A stretch of DNA of 64,000 nt from Eledone cirrhosa (GCA_964016885.1 OZ024743.1:220906001-220970000); one strand, 5' to 3'; shown: positions 39,811 to 55,427, numbered from the stretch's first letter. Made by a program: numbers and translations. The notes: generated by a model from the sequence alone, not told the origin.

Positions 39811-40877
39811 GGATCGTTATAAGTAGTGAGTATTTTGTCAGCAGGGAGTGTTGAATTCCTATCCTTCCATCAGTATAACATCTAGTTCTACTAGACTGAC
39901 CTCCCATACACAGAAAATACGAAGATTGTTCTCTCTGTTGTATTGTTCAGCTTCTATGCAAGACTGACGTACAGGACCTATAATAAAAAAAACGTTCCAG
40001 CCGTATCAAAGCCTTTTCCCCAGATGTCCTATACCTAGAAATACGCTATTCAATTGTACTCAAGACGTTAGATATAGCTGGTATTTACAACTGGTCAAAA
40101 GACCCGTTGTTAGCTCATTATTATGTATTGCTTGGTCTTGATGGATGTGGGCATGGCTGAATGATTAAAACATTTGCTTCACAATCATGAGGTCAATAGT
40201 TTGATCCAACTCTGTAACATGTTTTTTATAGCCACGGTTCACCTCAAGCCACGTGAGGGTGATTGTCAGATGGATTGTGTGGGTGATTGTCAGATAGATT
40301 GTACTTGTAATTCTAAGGTCCAAACCTGTCACAGATTGTGTAGCAGTGAATCGGTTTAAGAATGACTTGTCTGGAGAATACTCAATTCCTTTATTTCCAT
40401 CTCATCTGTTTAGCTGTAACTATTTCATATCTACCAGTCCAATTGACTGTATAGTCTTTCAATATATAGATCTCATCTCCAGCAAGAGTCAGGTTCTCTG
40501 AATGGGCTTCAGTTTTATCGTCTACAGTGTAAATTATTTAAAGAAAAAAAGAAAGCAACACAAAGAAAATCTGAGTTCCCATTTGCATAAAACCAAACTT
40601 TTTTTTGTAGGTTTCCTCTTTCGAAGATTAAAAAGAAACACGACACAAACATGACAAAAATATGTCATTGATTTCAATCAGTTATTTTTCTTTCTTCTCA
40701 AAAAAGCAAACAAACTGAATTTGTATACATTAATAGACATTTTGATAAGCTTTTCAGAAACAAGTTGCTTTTAGGCAGTTTGCCAGAAATCGCTTATTAT
40801 TCACATTTACAACCATCATTGATACAATCAAAATAAGAATAACAATAATAACAATATTATTATTATCAATAATAATA

Positions 40878-41083
40878 ATTGTTTCTACATTAGGCACAAG
40901 GCCAGCAATTTTGGGGAGGGGAAAGTCATTTAAATTGACCCAATGCATTATTGGTGCTTTATTTTATCGACCTCCTAATGGCGAAAGGCAAAGCTAATCT
41001 TGGCGGGATTTGAACTTAAAGCATACAGGGACGTAACTCTATGATGTTAAGCATGTTATCTAACGCTCTACCGATACTGCCGC
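40878..41083 (-). mobile_element. SINE (family of 2090)
   Basis: Reverse complement of the consensus, preceded by (TAA)n. Confidence 0.8.
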
Positions 41084-41084
41084 A

Positions 41085-41600
41085 TCACAAAGATCAAGCA
41101 ATTTGAACATACTATGTGAAATATATCGTCTATGAAAATGCTGAATTACCCTGGTTTAAACTTTATGATGAAAAGAGAGAAAGCCGTAGCCACATAGTGG
41201 GCGAATACAATAAACTAACACAAAGAGAATAAAAAAAGGATACACGATAATATTACGTGCATTGTTTATCTAAATTCATGTGGAGAATATTTTATGGATG
41301 GAGCTTGTGGGTAGTCAAAACAGTAACTTAATGCAGTGAATGTAAAGTAAAATGCTAGGTTGCAGTCGTATTTCAACATCCAATGGAACAGAGAGGGAGA
41401 TTGTGAAATACTAAGACATGAAAACCAAGGTTAAAAGTGTGAGGAGCATAAAATGGACATAGAAATTGAACCAGTGATCGTAGGAGTTCTTGTTAAATTC
41501 ACAAAGAACAAATTAAAATCATGTATAAAATGGTTTGGGATCAAAGTTCAACAGATCTATTATTAGGGTCTTCTAAGGATGGTTCTAAAATTTGAGGTGA
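41085..41600 (+). mobile_element. Decayed 3' fragment of an RLE-type non-LTR retrotransposon (R4/Dong-like)
   Basis: Traces across frames: QDQAI, SHIVGEYNKLTQRE, HDNI, IEIEPVIVGVL. Confidence 0.5.
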
Positions 41601-42044
41601 TGAAAGGATACAAAATAATCTTAGTCATTGAATATAACAAATGATATAAGAATTAATAACAACTGTTTCAAATTTAGGCACAAAGTTTGCAATTTTGTGG
41701 GAAGAGGGAAGTTTATTAATGATAAACTTAATAGAATGAAGAGAAGACAAGATAACGAACGGAAACAAGGTAAAACGAAAAACAATATTTTGAAGGGGAA
41801 ACCTTAAAAAATAAATTTTTGAATATATTTATATTCGAAAGACACAGAACTCCAGAGTCTTCACCCGCTGAGATGGACTTTTGCAGTTTCGACCCCAACC
41901 GATGGTACTGTTGGTACAGCCGGGGTCTCGCGTCTGACACAAGCTAAATCATTGTTCATGGAGTAATAGACAAGACAAAACAATAACTTATAACTCTTAA
42001 ACTATGAAATGCTCTCATATAATTTTATGTGACGTCAGTTAGAA

Positions 42045-42420
42045 GTTATTAAATTGACCTCAGTTTTTCAGTGGTACCTTATTTTATCGATCTCGGAAGG
42101 ATGGATAGACAAGTTAACCTCGACAGGATTTGGATTCAGAACGTAAAGGGCTGAAACTAAATAAATAAACGTTTGGATCGACGCGCTAATGACTCTGCCA
42201 ATGCCATCCCCTAACAACATCAACAGCAACAACAATACTAGTTATTTCTACTTTTGGCAGAAGGTCAATAATTTGAAGGTAAGAGGAAAGTCAATTAAAT
42301 CGAACCAATGCTTTATTGTTGCTTTATTTATCGACTCCAGTAGGATTAAAGGCAACAGTGACCTCGGTGGGCTATGAACATAAAGAGTTATAAGTAAATG
42401 TGGCAAAGCATTTAATAATT
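42045..42420 (-). mobile_element. Two diverged SINE copies (family of 2090)
   Basis: ttttatcga...aagttaacctcgacaggatttggattcag and a second copy from ~42240. Confidence 0.65.
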
Positions 42421-42613
42421 ATCAGATAATTGGTGAGAATGTACTTACCCAATGACTGTTCCATCGATTTGTAACAAAAGCTGGTCCTAATGATCGTGCA
42501 GGGTTTAACGAAGAACTTGTATATCGATACTGTAAGAGACATTAAAGATAACATGAGTTTGTACACAATGATAATAATAATACATACATACATATATATA
42601 TATAATATATATA

Positions 42614-42731
42614 TAGTAATAATAATAAATTTGAAGACTAAAATCCAAAGAGGGCTCGATAAGGATAACTATATATCAAATATATAAGAACCGTAGAGTA
42701 AATATTTATTAAAATAACAGATTAAAGTTTA

Positions 42732-42732
<1 letters not shown>
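42614..42732 (-). mobile_element. Solo 3'-terminal fragment of the PLE at 57174-59381, in (TA)n
   Basis: Near-identical to the reverse complement of 59263-59381. Confidence 0.9.
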
Positions 42733-42827
<95 letters not shown>

Positions 42828-42899
42828 ATTATTACATCCAAAGTTAAGGATATCATAATTGAACATATATATATAACATTTTAATAGGGATTTAACCGA

Positions 42900-43660
42900 C
42901 CACGGTTGTGCAATTTACACTCTTGTCGGTCATCGGCAATGTAAATATGTTGATACGCTCAACGACATGTACAAATAATACAAACCGGAACATTAGTACC
43001 ATTTATCCGAACTCAAATATACGGGGATTCGTATAGAAACGCCAGGGCAACAAAAAACTGACCATTGAACCCATACTCCTGAAGAACCCCCCGCAGCAAG
43101 TCCCGAGAAACATTGTCATATGCCTTTTCGAGGTCTACAAACAAGAATATGCCTCTTGGCAATACTCACAAGATTTCTCGAAGACCTGCCGCCGTGTGAA
43201 TATTTGGTCCGCAGTGCTGTGTCCGGAACGAACACCGCACTGCTCATCAGCTGCTTGGACTCGACAATCTCCCTGCATTTCTTTAACAAACATTTAACGA
43301 AGTCTTTACCATGGAGGCTTAACAAGATATCCCTCTGTGATTACAACAATCTCTTTTGTCATCCTTTTTGAAAATTGGGATTGTCACTCCCGGTTGCCCT
43401 TGCTTAGGTGCCATTCCTGAGATCCTGGCCACCTTGCACACATGAGTCAGCCAGAGAATACCTTCTCTATATAAAGCTTTTAAGATCACGGACCGGATTT
43501 CATCTTCCCCAGTGGCCTTGTCACAATTGAGCTCTTTAACTGCTCTTTTGACTCCAGCCTCTTGTGATTTTGTGTACCTAAAAAGATGCTGTTATTATCG
43601 GGTATAGGGGATCATCAAAGTGTTTTCTCCCCCTCACGAAGATGCACCTCGCTTATTACA
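42900..43660 (-). pseudogene. RTE-clade LINE reverse transcriptase fragment
   Basis: Minus strand, across frames: KKDDKRDCCNHRGIS, LSLHGKDF, EQCGVRSGHSTADQIF, VDLEKAYDNVSR, ADD. Confidence 0.85.
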
Positions 43661-44340
43661 GCTTAAATTTTGCTACCTTATCCTCGGGCAACCCAACCAG
43701 CACAGCCTCAGCTAGCCCAGCCACATTTAGCCTCAGCCAGCTCAATGAATCCACTGAAGGTCAGTAAAACCAGCCTGTCTCAAGCAGCCCAGCAAACCAG
43801 CCTGTCTCATTACAGCTCACCTTTGCCTGCTCAGCCTGAATTAATCCAACCATCCCAGCCGTAATTTGTAGTTTCTTAGATACACAATCACCTCGAGTAT
43901 TCACCTTACTATAATGCCAATATTTTGATTTCGAATATGTCACAACATATATTCATTTAACTTACTTCAAATGAACGTCTGCCGTCTGTGTGAAATTTCA
44001 ACGGGTTATAAGAAATCACAAATGTCAATGTAAAAACAGGAAACAAGAATCTATTATCGTTTAGTTGATAGATATATTTGTGTCGAGATTATTATTATAT
44101 TATATTATTGATTTTCATCCCTAGAATAATAAATCACATACCGGTATCAAATCATATGTACACGCACACACAAGCAAAAATACAACACAGATACACACGC
44201 ATCTCTCTCTCTTTCTCTCATTCTCTGTATATATATATATATAGAGAGAGAGAGCGAGAGAGGGGGGGGGGGGGGGCAGTGACAGAAATAAATATGATAT
44301 ATAGACAGACAGATCTATCTATCTATCTATCTATCTATCT

Positions 44341-44734
44341 TTTTTTCAAATACCACTTTGGAAGAAGAATCATGATGGAGAGAGAGGTGCTGTACCCCAG
44401 CAAGTTTTATGAAAGGTGGGTGAAAGTGGCGAGAATGGCCCGAGTGAATGGGCCTTCTCTTTATATCAGCCTGTAGGTTGAGGAAAAGGAGGAAGAGTGG
44501 AAAGGGGTACAAAATCTTCATACTCCTGGAGATGAGGGTTGCACATTTTTTCAGGGGTATGTGTTACCCATATGAAATGTCTCCCCCTATTGGAGAAAAT
44601 CGATTAACTTTTCAATTGCATTTGTGATAATATTTTACACGTTTTTATTGTATGTAAACTTCCCCCTTTGTATTTTCCTCTTCTTTTGTGCCCCTGTGGC
44701 TAATAAAGAAACACATCTAATAAAGAAACATATC
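44341..44734 (+). mobile_element. Tx1/L1-like LINE 3' end in (TATC)n/(TC)n
   Basis: C-terminal peptide FFKYHF...EREVL...FYERW...*, 3' UTR ending gcccctgtggctAATAAAgaaac (terminal 17 bp duplicated). Confidence 0.6.
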
Positions 44735-44761
44735 TATCTCTCTCTCTATATATATATACAG

Positions 44762-45385
<624 letters not shown>

Positions 45386-45585
45386 AGGGGGGGGGGGGGC
45401 ATAGATAAAAGAGTTCGGAGCTTGTATATTTTCTCTTTTATTTTAGCAATATCGCTTCTATTCCATCTTTAAATCCACCAGCCTATCTCTTACTTCTTCG
45501 AAGTTTTATATCAGTATAGTTGATGACAAATATATCTATAGCTATGATATATATATATATATATACATGTATATATTGTTATATT

Positions 45586-45833
45586 TGGGAGGGTCATGCT
45601 GCCAATGAAAACACGCACCTGTTAGGGTTCACTCCAATTTATGATAAACTCTCAGTCGGTTAGTTTATTAAACTGATGGTCGTTTAATCGTTGATTGTCA
45701 AATGTCTTTCGTCACACATTGGACGACATACTCAGTAACTACCTTTGTTGTTATTTTGTGTCCCTCCTTTGTCCTGTCCTACACCATCTTGAACAAACAA
45801 CGTGTGTTTTTATTCGCAGCATGACCCTCCCAA
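45586..45833. mobile_element. ~250-bp element with ~25-bp terminal inverted repeats
   Basis: ttgggagggtcatgctgc...aaaacac versus gtgttttt...gcagcatgaccctcccaa. Confidence 0.55.
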
Positions 45834-46620
45834 AAGGAGGAACTCAGGAGAGTCAACGGCAATCCAATTATCTATCTTCCGGGAGAGGTGGAGTGAGAGA
45901 TCACCAGTCTTCATTAAGACATCTCTCTAGGAGAAGGGCACTCTGATGTAAAAACCTGCGACTTTGTTCGCATCCAATAATCAGTTCTAATTTTTAGGTA
46001 TAATGTATTCGATTATCAGAATGGAATTGGATCCGTGCAAAGCCTTTTCTCACTTACAAAAGCTTCAAGCACAGACATCTTTTGCATTGCATGGCATGTC
46101 CAGCAGTATGCAAGTCCCTAGCTAGCAGGACTAAAAAGCTACGTCCGTGCTGCTCATGCTTAAGTATCAGGCGATAGCATTACTCGAAATCGAGTTACGG
46201 CCATCATCATGTATGTATGTGTGCTAGCAAGCGTCATTTTAGACACTAAAAAACATACAGAAAATATTTACTTTACATTAGATATATCATTTATTTCATT
46301 GTATCAAATTAGCTTATCATACTCTTTCGGTCCTGGTTAATGTTAAGTTTTTGTAACTCTTGAAATAACGTGAATGACATATCCACGTAGCAATTGCTTT
46401 AGTTTCTACACACTATTTCAGATCATGTCACTTGTCTGCTAAGTAGAAATGCGAAATATAAATTCATTATTGTTAAATTAAGTTTATTATATTTCCAATC
46501 CAATACAGGACCTTCTAATTCCTATTGGTGGAACCCCTCCCTGGTTGACTTTCATTGCTTTCTCTTTGGTGTTGATCATGTCTTCAGGGCTATGTTATAT
46601 ATATATACATATGTGTGTGA

Positions 46621-46699
<79 letters not shown>

Positions 46700-46729
46700 A
46701 TCAAAAGATGGTTAAAGGAGTTCCATGTA

Positions 46730-46796
46730 TTTTATTATGCGCATTTCAAAAACAAACATCATCATGCAATAATATTTGTGTTTTCATCAGATAAAA
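46730..46796 (-). ncRNA. Hammerhead-like motif, relative of 37589-37652
   Basis: Minus strand ttttat CTGATGA aaacac...atgttt gttttt GAAAT gcgc ATA ataaaa; element abuts (TA)n at ~46697. Confidence 0.5.
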
Positions 46797-46953
46797 CAGG
46801 AGAACATGATATGAAGGCTAAAAAACACTTGTGGATAGTGCAGTTTTAAATCAACATATCATTATATTATGCATACTCCAGTCCTACAAACTGTAGAGTG
46901 CTTCTTATCCGATATCTGCATTGCTTTATTGTACTACAATAAAACTCACCTCC

Positions 46954-47005
<52 letters not shown>

Positions 47006-47118
47006 TGAGTATATATATATACATGTGTGAGTATATATATATATATATGCGTGAGTATATATATATATGTGTGTGAGTATATATATATATATGTGTGAGT
47101 ATATATATATGTGTGTGA

Positions 47119-47165
<47 letters not shown>

Positions 47166-47339
47166 TGTATTTATATATACATATGGGGTACGTGGCAACT
47201 TTATTGTAAGCACATATCTTAATAACATTCAATTTATTTTATATACAGTTTTCGGATGAAATTAAATACAAGTAAAATTAATCTAAACAACTTAACCCTC
47301 GTTCAGAAATTACTAGTTTTAAGTCTAAATTAGTAACTA

Positions 47340-47485
47340 CTAGCAGAATGACCCGGCGTTGCTCGGGATTTGCTCTAGGGTTCTAATATATTTGATATAT
47401 ATTTATCCTTATCGAGCCTCGTGAAATAAATACGTTTGTTTATATTTTGTTATTGTGTATGCAAAAATATCTGTAGACGAAAATA

Positions 47486-47579
<94 letters not shown>

Positions 47580-48011
47580 TAACAGATTAAAGTTTAAGCA
47601 AAGAATCGTTGCTTTCACCCTTAACGGGATCTTCTGAAACTATAAAATCAATCAGTGAACGCAGAAGTAAATATTTCGAAAAACGTTACACATTATAAAT
47701 ATATATACACACACTATATATACATATATACACTCACAGGTAACGTCATAATGTCGTAATGCAGACAGACAGATATTATAAGGGCGCAACGTTATAATCA
47801 TGTATCTATCTAAAAAGGAAGACTAAGTATTATAGATTGTTAAATCGCCTAATGCGGTCCCTAGGGCATTGAACATTTGAAATATTTTTTGCTCATAACA
47901 CTCACGGGACCATAAGTATTACATATGTAAAGTTTGAAAACCGGTTGGGTGGTTCTCGAGTTTTAGGGAGTCAGACAGACAGACAAACATTCTCTGTTTT
48001 AAATATATAGA
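47340..48011 (-). mobile_element. Non-autonomous Helitron, copy 2, with CAGAAGA hammerhead-like motif at 47591-47641
   Basis: Colinear with 13019-13669; same TC...hairpin-CTAG termini, inserted between A and T. Confidence 0.85.
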
Positions 48012-48950
48012 TTACTAAGAAGAGTTCATGGGAGTTAAGTTGTGCTAATTGTATAGCTCCAGATTCAAGACTGCTATTCACTTCTGAGTTTGACTTTAAC
48101 GCCAGAGAAATGATCGTGATACATCTGGTAGCTTTTGAAATATCTATTCCTATCCCCTATAATCCTGTATCGGCCCTCGTACTAATATAACTAATCAATA
48201 TGTGAAAATACTGATAAAGTATAGATCTTTATTTCATGAATGTTCTAATTCAACGCCAAATCTTGCGTATACTTGTGTTCTTCAAGTCCATGCGATCCAT
48301 AGGCTGGAAACTGACGATGGAGCCGTGGGGAGGGGGGGACATATGGTGTGTCTTGAGAATGTTAAATCTGGGGCAGCTCATCATTCTCCGAGCCTGATTT
48401 CTTCCGAAGAAAAGACACAGAGATAGCGAGAGAAGAGGAATACGAGATAGGAAGGATGAGAGAGAGAGGGGGGACGAGAAAGATAGAGGGGGGGGGGGAG
48501 ACAATACATAGTCCCAGTACAAAACTGGTACTTTATTTGCCGGCATCGAAAATATGAAAGGCAAAGTTAACCTCGACGGGATGTGTTCTTAGATTGAATA
48601 ATACGATCTCACTATTCCGCCAATTCGCCGTAGTTATTGAAGAACACACAGACAAAAACGAAAACATAATACATTTCAGCTCAGCTGACATAAACTCTTT
48701 CTTTAATTAAAAAAAAAATAATAATAATAATTCGATGCCAAATTCCCCGTTGAAAGGATTCGAACTTTGTATCTTAATAAGAAATCGGCATCAAATTCCA
48801 GCATCTACTTCAATGTAAAACAACAACAACAAAGATCTCGAATGACATTTTATACAATCATTTCCAGTAAAATTAAATTGAAAATAATAATGCCACATAA
48901 ATTGTATATATATACATTTTATGTATATATATATATATTTATGTATATAC

Positions 48951-48993
<43 letters not shown>

Positions 48994-50589
48994 ATATATA
49001 TAGCCTCGTTTTCTTGGGAATAATTATGTTTCAGTTTCAGAGAATCAATTTAATTATCTTTTTTTTTTTTGCCCTTGTTGTTTCCCCTTGTTTTATTCTT
49101 CTTTTCTTATAATCAAAGTCAATTCGGGGGGAAAAGATTTTGATATTTACTACTTGAATGTCTGAAAAAAAAAAAAAAATTTCAACTTTTTTCCTCTGTT
49201 TTTGAAGATTTTGTTTCTGAAGCAAATTCTTCTAAAGAAAAAAATTCATAGCCTTCTTTTGATTGATTTCTTTGGTATCAAGTGAAACTGTTTGATAAAC
49301 TTCTTAGATGTTAGTTATTATTTTTCACTCTTTTATTTTTCATCACCGAGTGGAGGTAGAGGTTTAAATAAATCTATGAACTACTGATAAAGTTTTAATT
49401 TTGCTTTTTATTATATTATATTATATTATATTACTTTATTTTATTTTTTTGTTTCTTCGCCGAGACATAAAATTAAGGGCTGAGCAATGTTTCATTTTAC
49501 AAATTCACTTTCTCAGCTTGTACTCACAAATAAACAGTAACTCATAAATATATACACACATGCACACTTGCAGAGAGAGGACATATACACGCACAAAGGC
49601 ACGCACACATACGCACAGGCACACACACACAGATACATAATGACATAAGCACACGTACCGACTTAAACATAAAAACATTTGCACATAAGCGCGCGCACAT
49701 TAACTTAGCTGTAAATACACACATGTTTTGGACTAGTAGTACGTCATGAAATGTTATAAATTTATTATGGCAATATTCTAAAGCAGAATACCGATATGTG
49801 ACAACAGCGTTAGTTTCCAACTGAGAACATCGATTGAATTTGCTTCCTCTGATCCGGTATCAAAAGGTTAATCTATCAACATCATGCCAGTATGATGTCT
49901 TCCCCGAGTTACACATCACATTAAGCAACGCTAAAAGTTACTTTGGGGCATTAAACGTTGACATCATATGACATTTATACGCGGAAGTTTGGTGGTGGTA
50001 AGCTCTACTTAAATAACTTGGGGAAATTATGTTATATTACACTATTTAATGTCTATCACGGTGTGTTTGTAAATACCACTTAAGACATTTATGCTTGCTA
50101 TCCATCATTAATGATAATTTATGCTGAATTATAAAGATTCATTAGCCTATAGATAGAAATAGAATATTGTTTGTAGTTAATAGTTGAAAATGGCGCTTAT
50201 TTTTCGTTTCAAGTATATATGTAATCCGTAGGAAATGATTGATGATTATTATCATATTTATTGAAAAAGCGTGTTTAGTTAAGATGTAAATATAATAAAT
50301 TATACGATCGTTATTTAATTCTACAACTAAAATTCTTAATGTTCTAGCATTTTCAGGTTTTCTCCGGACAGTTGCTTCTACAGACACTCATCACCATGTA
50401 CTGTAATTTTTATGGAGTTGTTATATCTCTTGTATTGCTATGCAAGACCACAAATTTATTAGGGAGGTGTATCACCGATCAGACATGACACAGTCCATCC
50501 AGGTACTTTATTTTCTTGTCAATACGAAATGAAATGAAAATGAGTCAGAATAAAGTGGTGTTCAAAATATACTATAAAATAAGTCTGTT

Positions 50590-51160
50590 AACGCGCTGAT
50601 GCTTCAAATCCCACCGATGACTGTTTTGTCTTTTATCCTCACAGGATCTATAAAATAAAGTCTCATTGAAATACGAGGAAGAGAGAAAGAAAATCAACCA
50701 TTCCCTCCCTTATATATATGGTTTTATGTCTATATTGGAAACCATTATTTATGTGGAGTCCTTAGAGCGTATTTGTTCCACTTCCTCGGTTCTAAGTACC
50801 CGTCAAATACTGGGTTTGATTTAATTTCAGTTCCTTTCACACCAAATTGCTAGCCTTGTGCCTAATTTGGTATATATTCAGAAAATCAGAAAAAAAACAA
50901 ACAAACGCTTTCCAGTGTTTATGTACTCTCTGAGTTTTAAATCCGTCGTGGTCAACTTTGCACCCATCCCTATGAGCTTGATAAAATAAAGTACACTTAA
51001 ATGCTAGGGTTGATTTAATAGACTTTCCCCTCCCACCAAATTGTTGGCCTATTGTATAAATATAGAGCGGTGAATTGATAGAATAGTTAGTTTCGGAACA
51101 AATGCTTTGCGGCATTTGTTCCGAGTTTTTACCGTCTGAGTTCAAATCCCACCAAGGTCA
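50590..51160 (+). mobile_element. Cluster of decayed SINEs (family of 2090)
   Basis: Repeated tcaaatcccacc, ataaaataaagt, ccttgtgcc motifs; head gcggtgaattgatagaatagttag at ~51067. Confidence 0.6.
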
Positions 51161-51767
51161 TTTGAAAAAGGAAAAAAGTCTATTACTTTACTTGGAATAA
51201 TGGTTTCTATGTCAATGAAATGTATCCGAGTAATTGACTGGTATTTCCTTTGAACGGCACCTAATGGATACCAGTTGAAACCAGTGACATCTAAAGTTGA
51301 TACCAGCGAGATTTGAGTGTAAAGAGCAGAAGCATCCTCTATAATGGTGTTGGTGATGATCAGCATCATTATGATTATATTCATCATGATGACGGCGACG
51401 ATTACAGTGATGGTGCTGTTGATCATCGCGATGTCAGTGTTGGTGGTAGTAGTGGTGGTGATAGTGGAGGGTGCCAGTAATGAGAGCGATCAGGTTTAAA
51501 AACACACAAAAAAAAAAAAAATCAACCAATGCCAGAGTAGTACAAGAAATCACAGCATGCAGTGTCATCTAAATTGTGTGACTTATAAAAATGTTCGTTG
51601 GTATTTCTCTCTGCTTCTAAGTGGAATTCCCAACGGCATGTATTCTACTTAAGAGACTAAAATACTGAGGGAAAGTTACTGTACACACACACACTCTCAC
51701 TCACGCACACACACACACATATATATATATGTATATATATATATATATGTGTGTGTGTGTATGTGTG

Positions 51768-51817
<50 letters not shown>

Positions 51818-52402
51818 CTTTCATATATATATGTATGTGTGAATATAAGTGTGTGTCTCTGTGTGTGTACGTTCTTTACGTTGACATTTCAGTTAGAAAT
51901 ATGAAACAATACCATTGTTTCTCTCTTAACATTTTGCATACCTGACTTGAAAATCCTTTTTGTTTTCTCGTCACAGTACAATACATGTGAACGAGTTGCT
52001 GTCGTTGGTAATATATACTAGAGGCCATGTGTTTGTGTGGTTAGGGTGTCCTGCATATATTCCTAACTTCATCAGTTCAATTCTTGTCTCCACCTTATGT
52101 TCTTCAGCTAAATACTTTATTCCACGTTATTTCAATTCACTCAACTAGGAATAAATGGGCACAGGTTATAATAAAAAGGGCTTTGGGGGATACTGTGCAG
52201 CGATGTATCTCCATCAGAAGTACGATGGGGTTTCACGTATCTGTGGAGGGTTCAGCAGCTGGAACACTTGTCGGCCGGGTCGACGAAAAACAACATATAA
52301 TCATCTATATATATATATGAATTTACACCGACACACACATATATATATGTGTTTATGTGTTTACACCGACACACACACAGACACAAACAAAAATAGACAC
52401 AT

Positions 52403-52474
<72 letters not shown>

Positions 52475-52677
52475 ATATATATATACACACATGTATGTAC
52501 CTACATAGATACATGTATATATAATATGTATATGCCTGCATATATACGTTTATATACATATATATAATGTGTGTTTTGTGTGTGTACATCACTAGAAATA
52601 CACACAAAGGCCTGCATATATTTGTTATCTATGTTTCTTTATATATATATAGAGAGAGAGAAAGAGAGAGACAGAGA

Positions 52678-52741
<64 letters not shown>

Positions 52742-53227
52742 GAGAGAGGGGGCCTAGGAAGGGTTGAGAGAAAGAGGAAGAATTGACAGAGAGAGAGAGA
52801 GAGAGAGAGGTGAGGTACAGAGAGAGATAGGAGCTGGAGGAATATCAGATTAGCTTATCAATCAACACGTCTAGACGAAAATGAAATGTACCTGAGAGAG
52901 AGTGCAATGAATATTTACAGATAATAATATATTATCTAGTGTTACAACACAACACTATATATATAGTGATGGTACTCCATATAAAGAGAAAGGAACGTGC
53001 GTTCGCTTTCTTACGCAACTAGCAATTGTTTTTATAACCATTTATTTCATTAGGTGGTGCGATTAGTGACTGGATATAAAACAGACAACAAACATTATAT
53101 ATAAATCTCTCGTAAGGATGAAAGGCCGAAGTTAACTTTGCCTTTCATCCTTACGGGGTGGATAAAATAAAGTATCACTGGAATGATTGCTGGCCTTGTG
53201 CCAAAAGTAGAAACAATTATATATAAA

Positions 53228-53265
<38 letters not shown>

Positions 53266-53345
53266 CAGTATATATATATATGTGTGTATGTGTGTATGTG
53301 TGTGTGTATAGTATTTCCGTGGAAAAGGTAAAGGAAAGGAGAGTG

Positions 53346-53384
<39 letters not shown>

Positions 53385-53425
53385 ATATATATATATATAT
53401 ATATATATATTGTATAAGGAATTTA

Positions 53426-53522
53426 GGTTAACTTTGCCTTTCATCCTTACGGGGTAGATAAAAGAAAGTACCAGTAATGCACTGGATTATTGCTGGCCTT
53501 GTGCCAAAAATAGAAACAATTA
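53426..53522 (+). mobile_element. SINE 3' half (a similar piece with a short inversion lies at 53110-53218)
   Basis: ggttaactttgcctttcatccttacggggtagataaaagaaagtaccag...agaaacaattatt. Confidence 0.8.
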
Positions 53523-53606
53523 TTATATAAGGAATTTGTAGTTTAATTAGTGAAAGTAGAAGATCGTTCCAGTACACCATATATATATATATATATATAT
53601 TTGTAC

Positions 53607-53686
<80 letters not shown>

Positions 53687-54086
53687 ATGTATATGTATAT
53701 ATATGGATATATATATCCTATATATTTATATATATATATATATATATAGTTCTGCCTCACCCTCTCCTTCTCCTTCTTGTTCTCAGTATCACAGTCTCAC
53801 TCTAGATATGTAAGTGTATGTTTTGTATACGTCTGCCTGAACATAATATATGTACGTGTCCTCTAAGTAATGAGAGCTGTAAAACACATATATCATCTAA
53901 GTTTTCTAGGTAAATTATGGTTATTCAATAAACGTTGCCTTCACTAGAAATCTCTCTTTCCTTTCGAACTTTCTGTGTCCCTCTTTCAACCACACTCTCC
54001 CTCTCTATCATTTTATTTCACTCTATTTCTCTCGCACACGCACACACACACACATATATATGCATATATATATATGTATATATATA

Positions 54087-54160
<74 letters not shown>

Positions 54161-54304
54161 TATATATATATATATATGTATATATACTATATACATATAT
54201 GCATATATATATAATTATATATATATATATACATATATGCATATATATATAATCATATATATATATTATATATATATATATATATACATATAAGGATATA
54301 TATA

Positions 54305-54353
<49 letters not shown>

Positions 54354-54403
54354 TTATATATATAATTACATATACATATACATATATATATATATATATA
54401 TGC

Positions 54404-54435
<32 letters not shown>

Positions 54436-55023
54436 ATGTATATAAGTGTGTGTGTGTGCACATATATATACATATCTATATATCTATCTATCTATCTATC
54501 TATCTATATATCTATATATATATATGTATATATATGTGTGTGTGCGTATATATTCATATATATATATATATATATATATCTACCGTATATGGTTATATGT
54601 ATATATGTGTATTATGTTTATACATACATACATACATACATACATACATACATACATACATACATACATACACACATACACCGACCTACATGCCACACAT
54701 CAACATATATATCATACCTTCCACCGAGTAAAGAGCTTCCAATACTCTATAGAAGCCACATACTTTTCATACCATTCATTTATGACTATTTCACTTCATC
54801 TGTTTTATGAAACCCGACGCTACATTTAGCAAATACGTTCGCGCTTGTTTATTTTCACTGGGAGACCTAAACGTATTCAAATATTTCTTAAAGTAGACTC
54901 ACACGCCCATGAACACAAATACATCTATGTGTGTATAAGTATATATATATATATATATATATATACAAACACACACATATATATATGTATATATATATAT
55001 ATATATACAAACATACACATATA

Positions 55024-55055
<32 letters not shown>

Positions 55056-55315
55056 CAAACACACACATATATATATGTATATATATATATATATATACAA
55101 ACATACACATATATATATGTATATATATATATATATATACAAACACACACACATATATATATGTATATATATATATATATATATATTTAAAAGAATAGAG
55201 GTGTAACACACGAGTTATGATATATTGGTAAAAGGAAAAGAAAATGCTGACAAATTGTTCCCAGTGAAAAATAGTTTAATTAGGAATAAGTAAAAATTAG
55301 TATATATATACAAAG

Positions 55316-55365
<50 letters not shown>

Positions 55366-55379
55366 ATATATATTGATAT

Positions 55380-55423
<44 letters not shown>

Positions 55424-55427
<4 letters not shown>

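Noticed and set aside
43075-43122. CTGAAGA...GAAACattGTC hammerhead-like string
   Set aside because: No stem I or II pairing, and it is the antisense of RTE coding sequence (YDNVSRD...LQEYG).
43670-43864. Gln/Pro/Ser-rich 64-aa ORF
   Set aside because: Arises from low-complexity cagcc repeats; no evidence of coding.
52205-52265. Minus-strand CTGCTGA...GAAAC with a downstream hairpin
   Set aside because: Core A6 is altered and stem I is not found; similar partial strings at ~18606, ~61026 and ~63895-63960 were also left uncalled.
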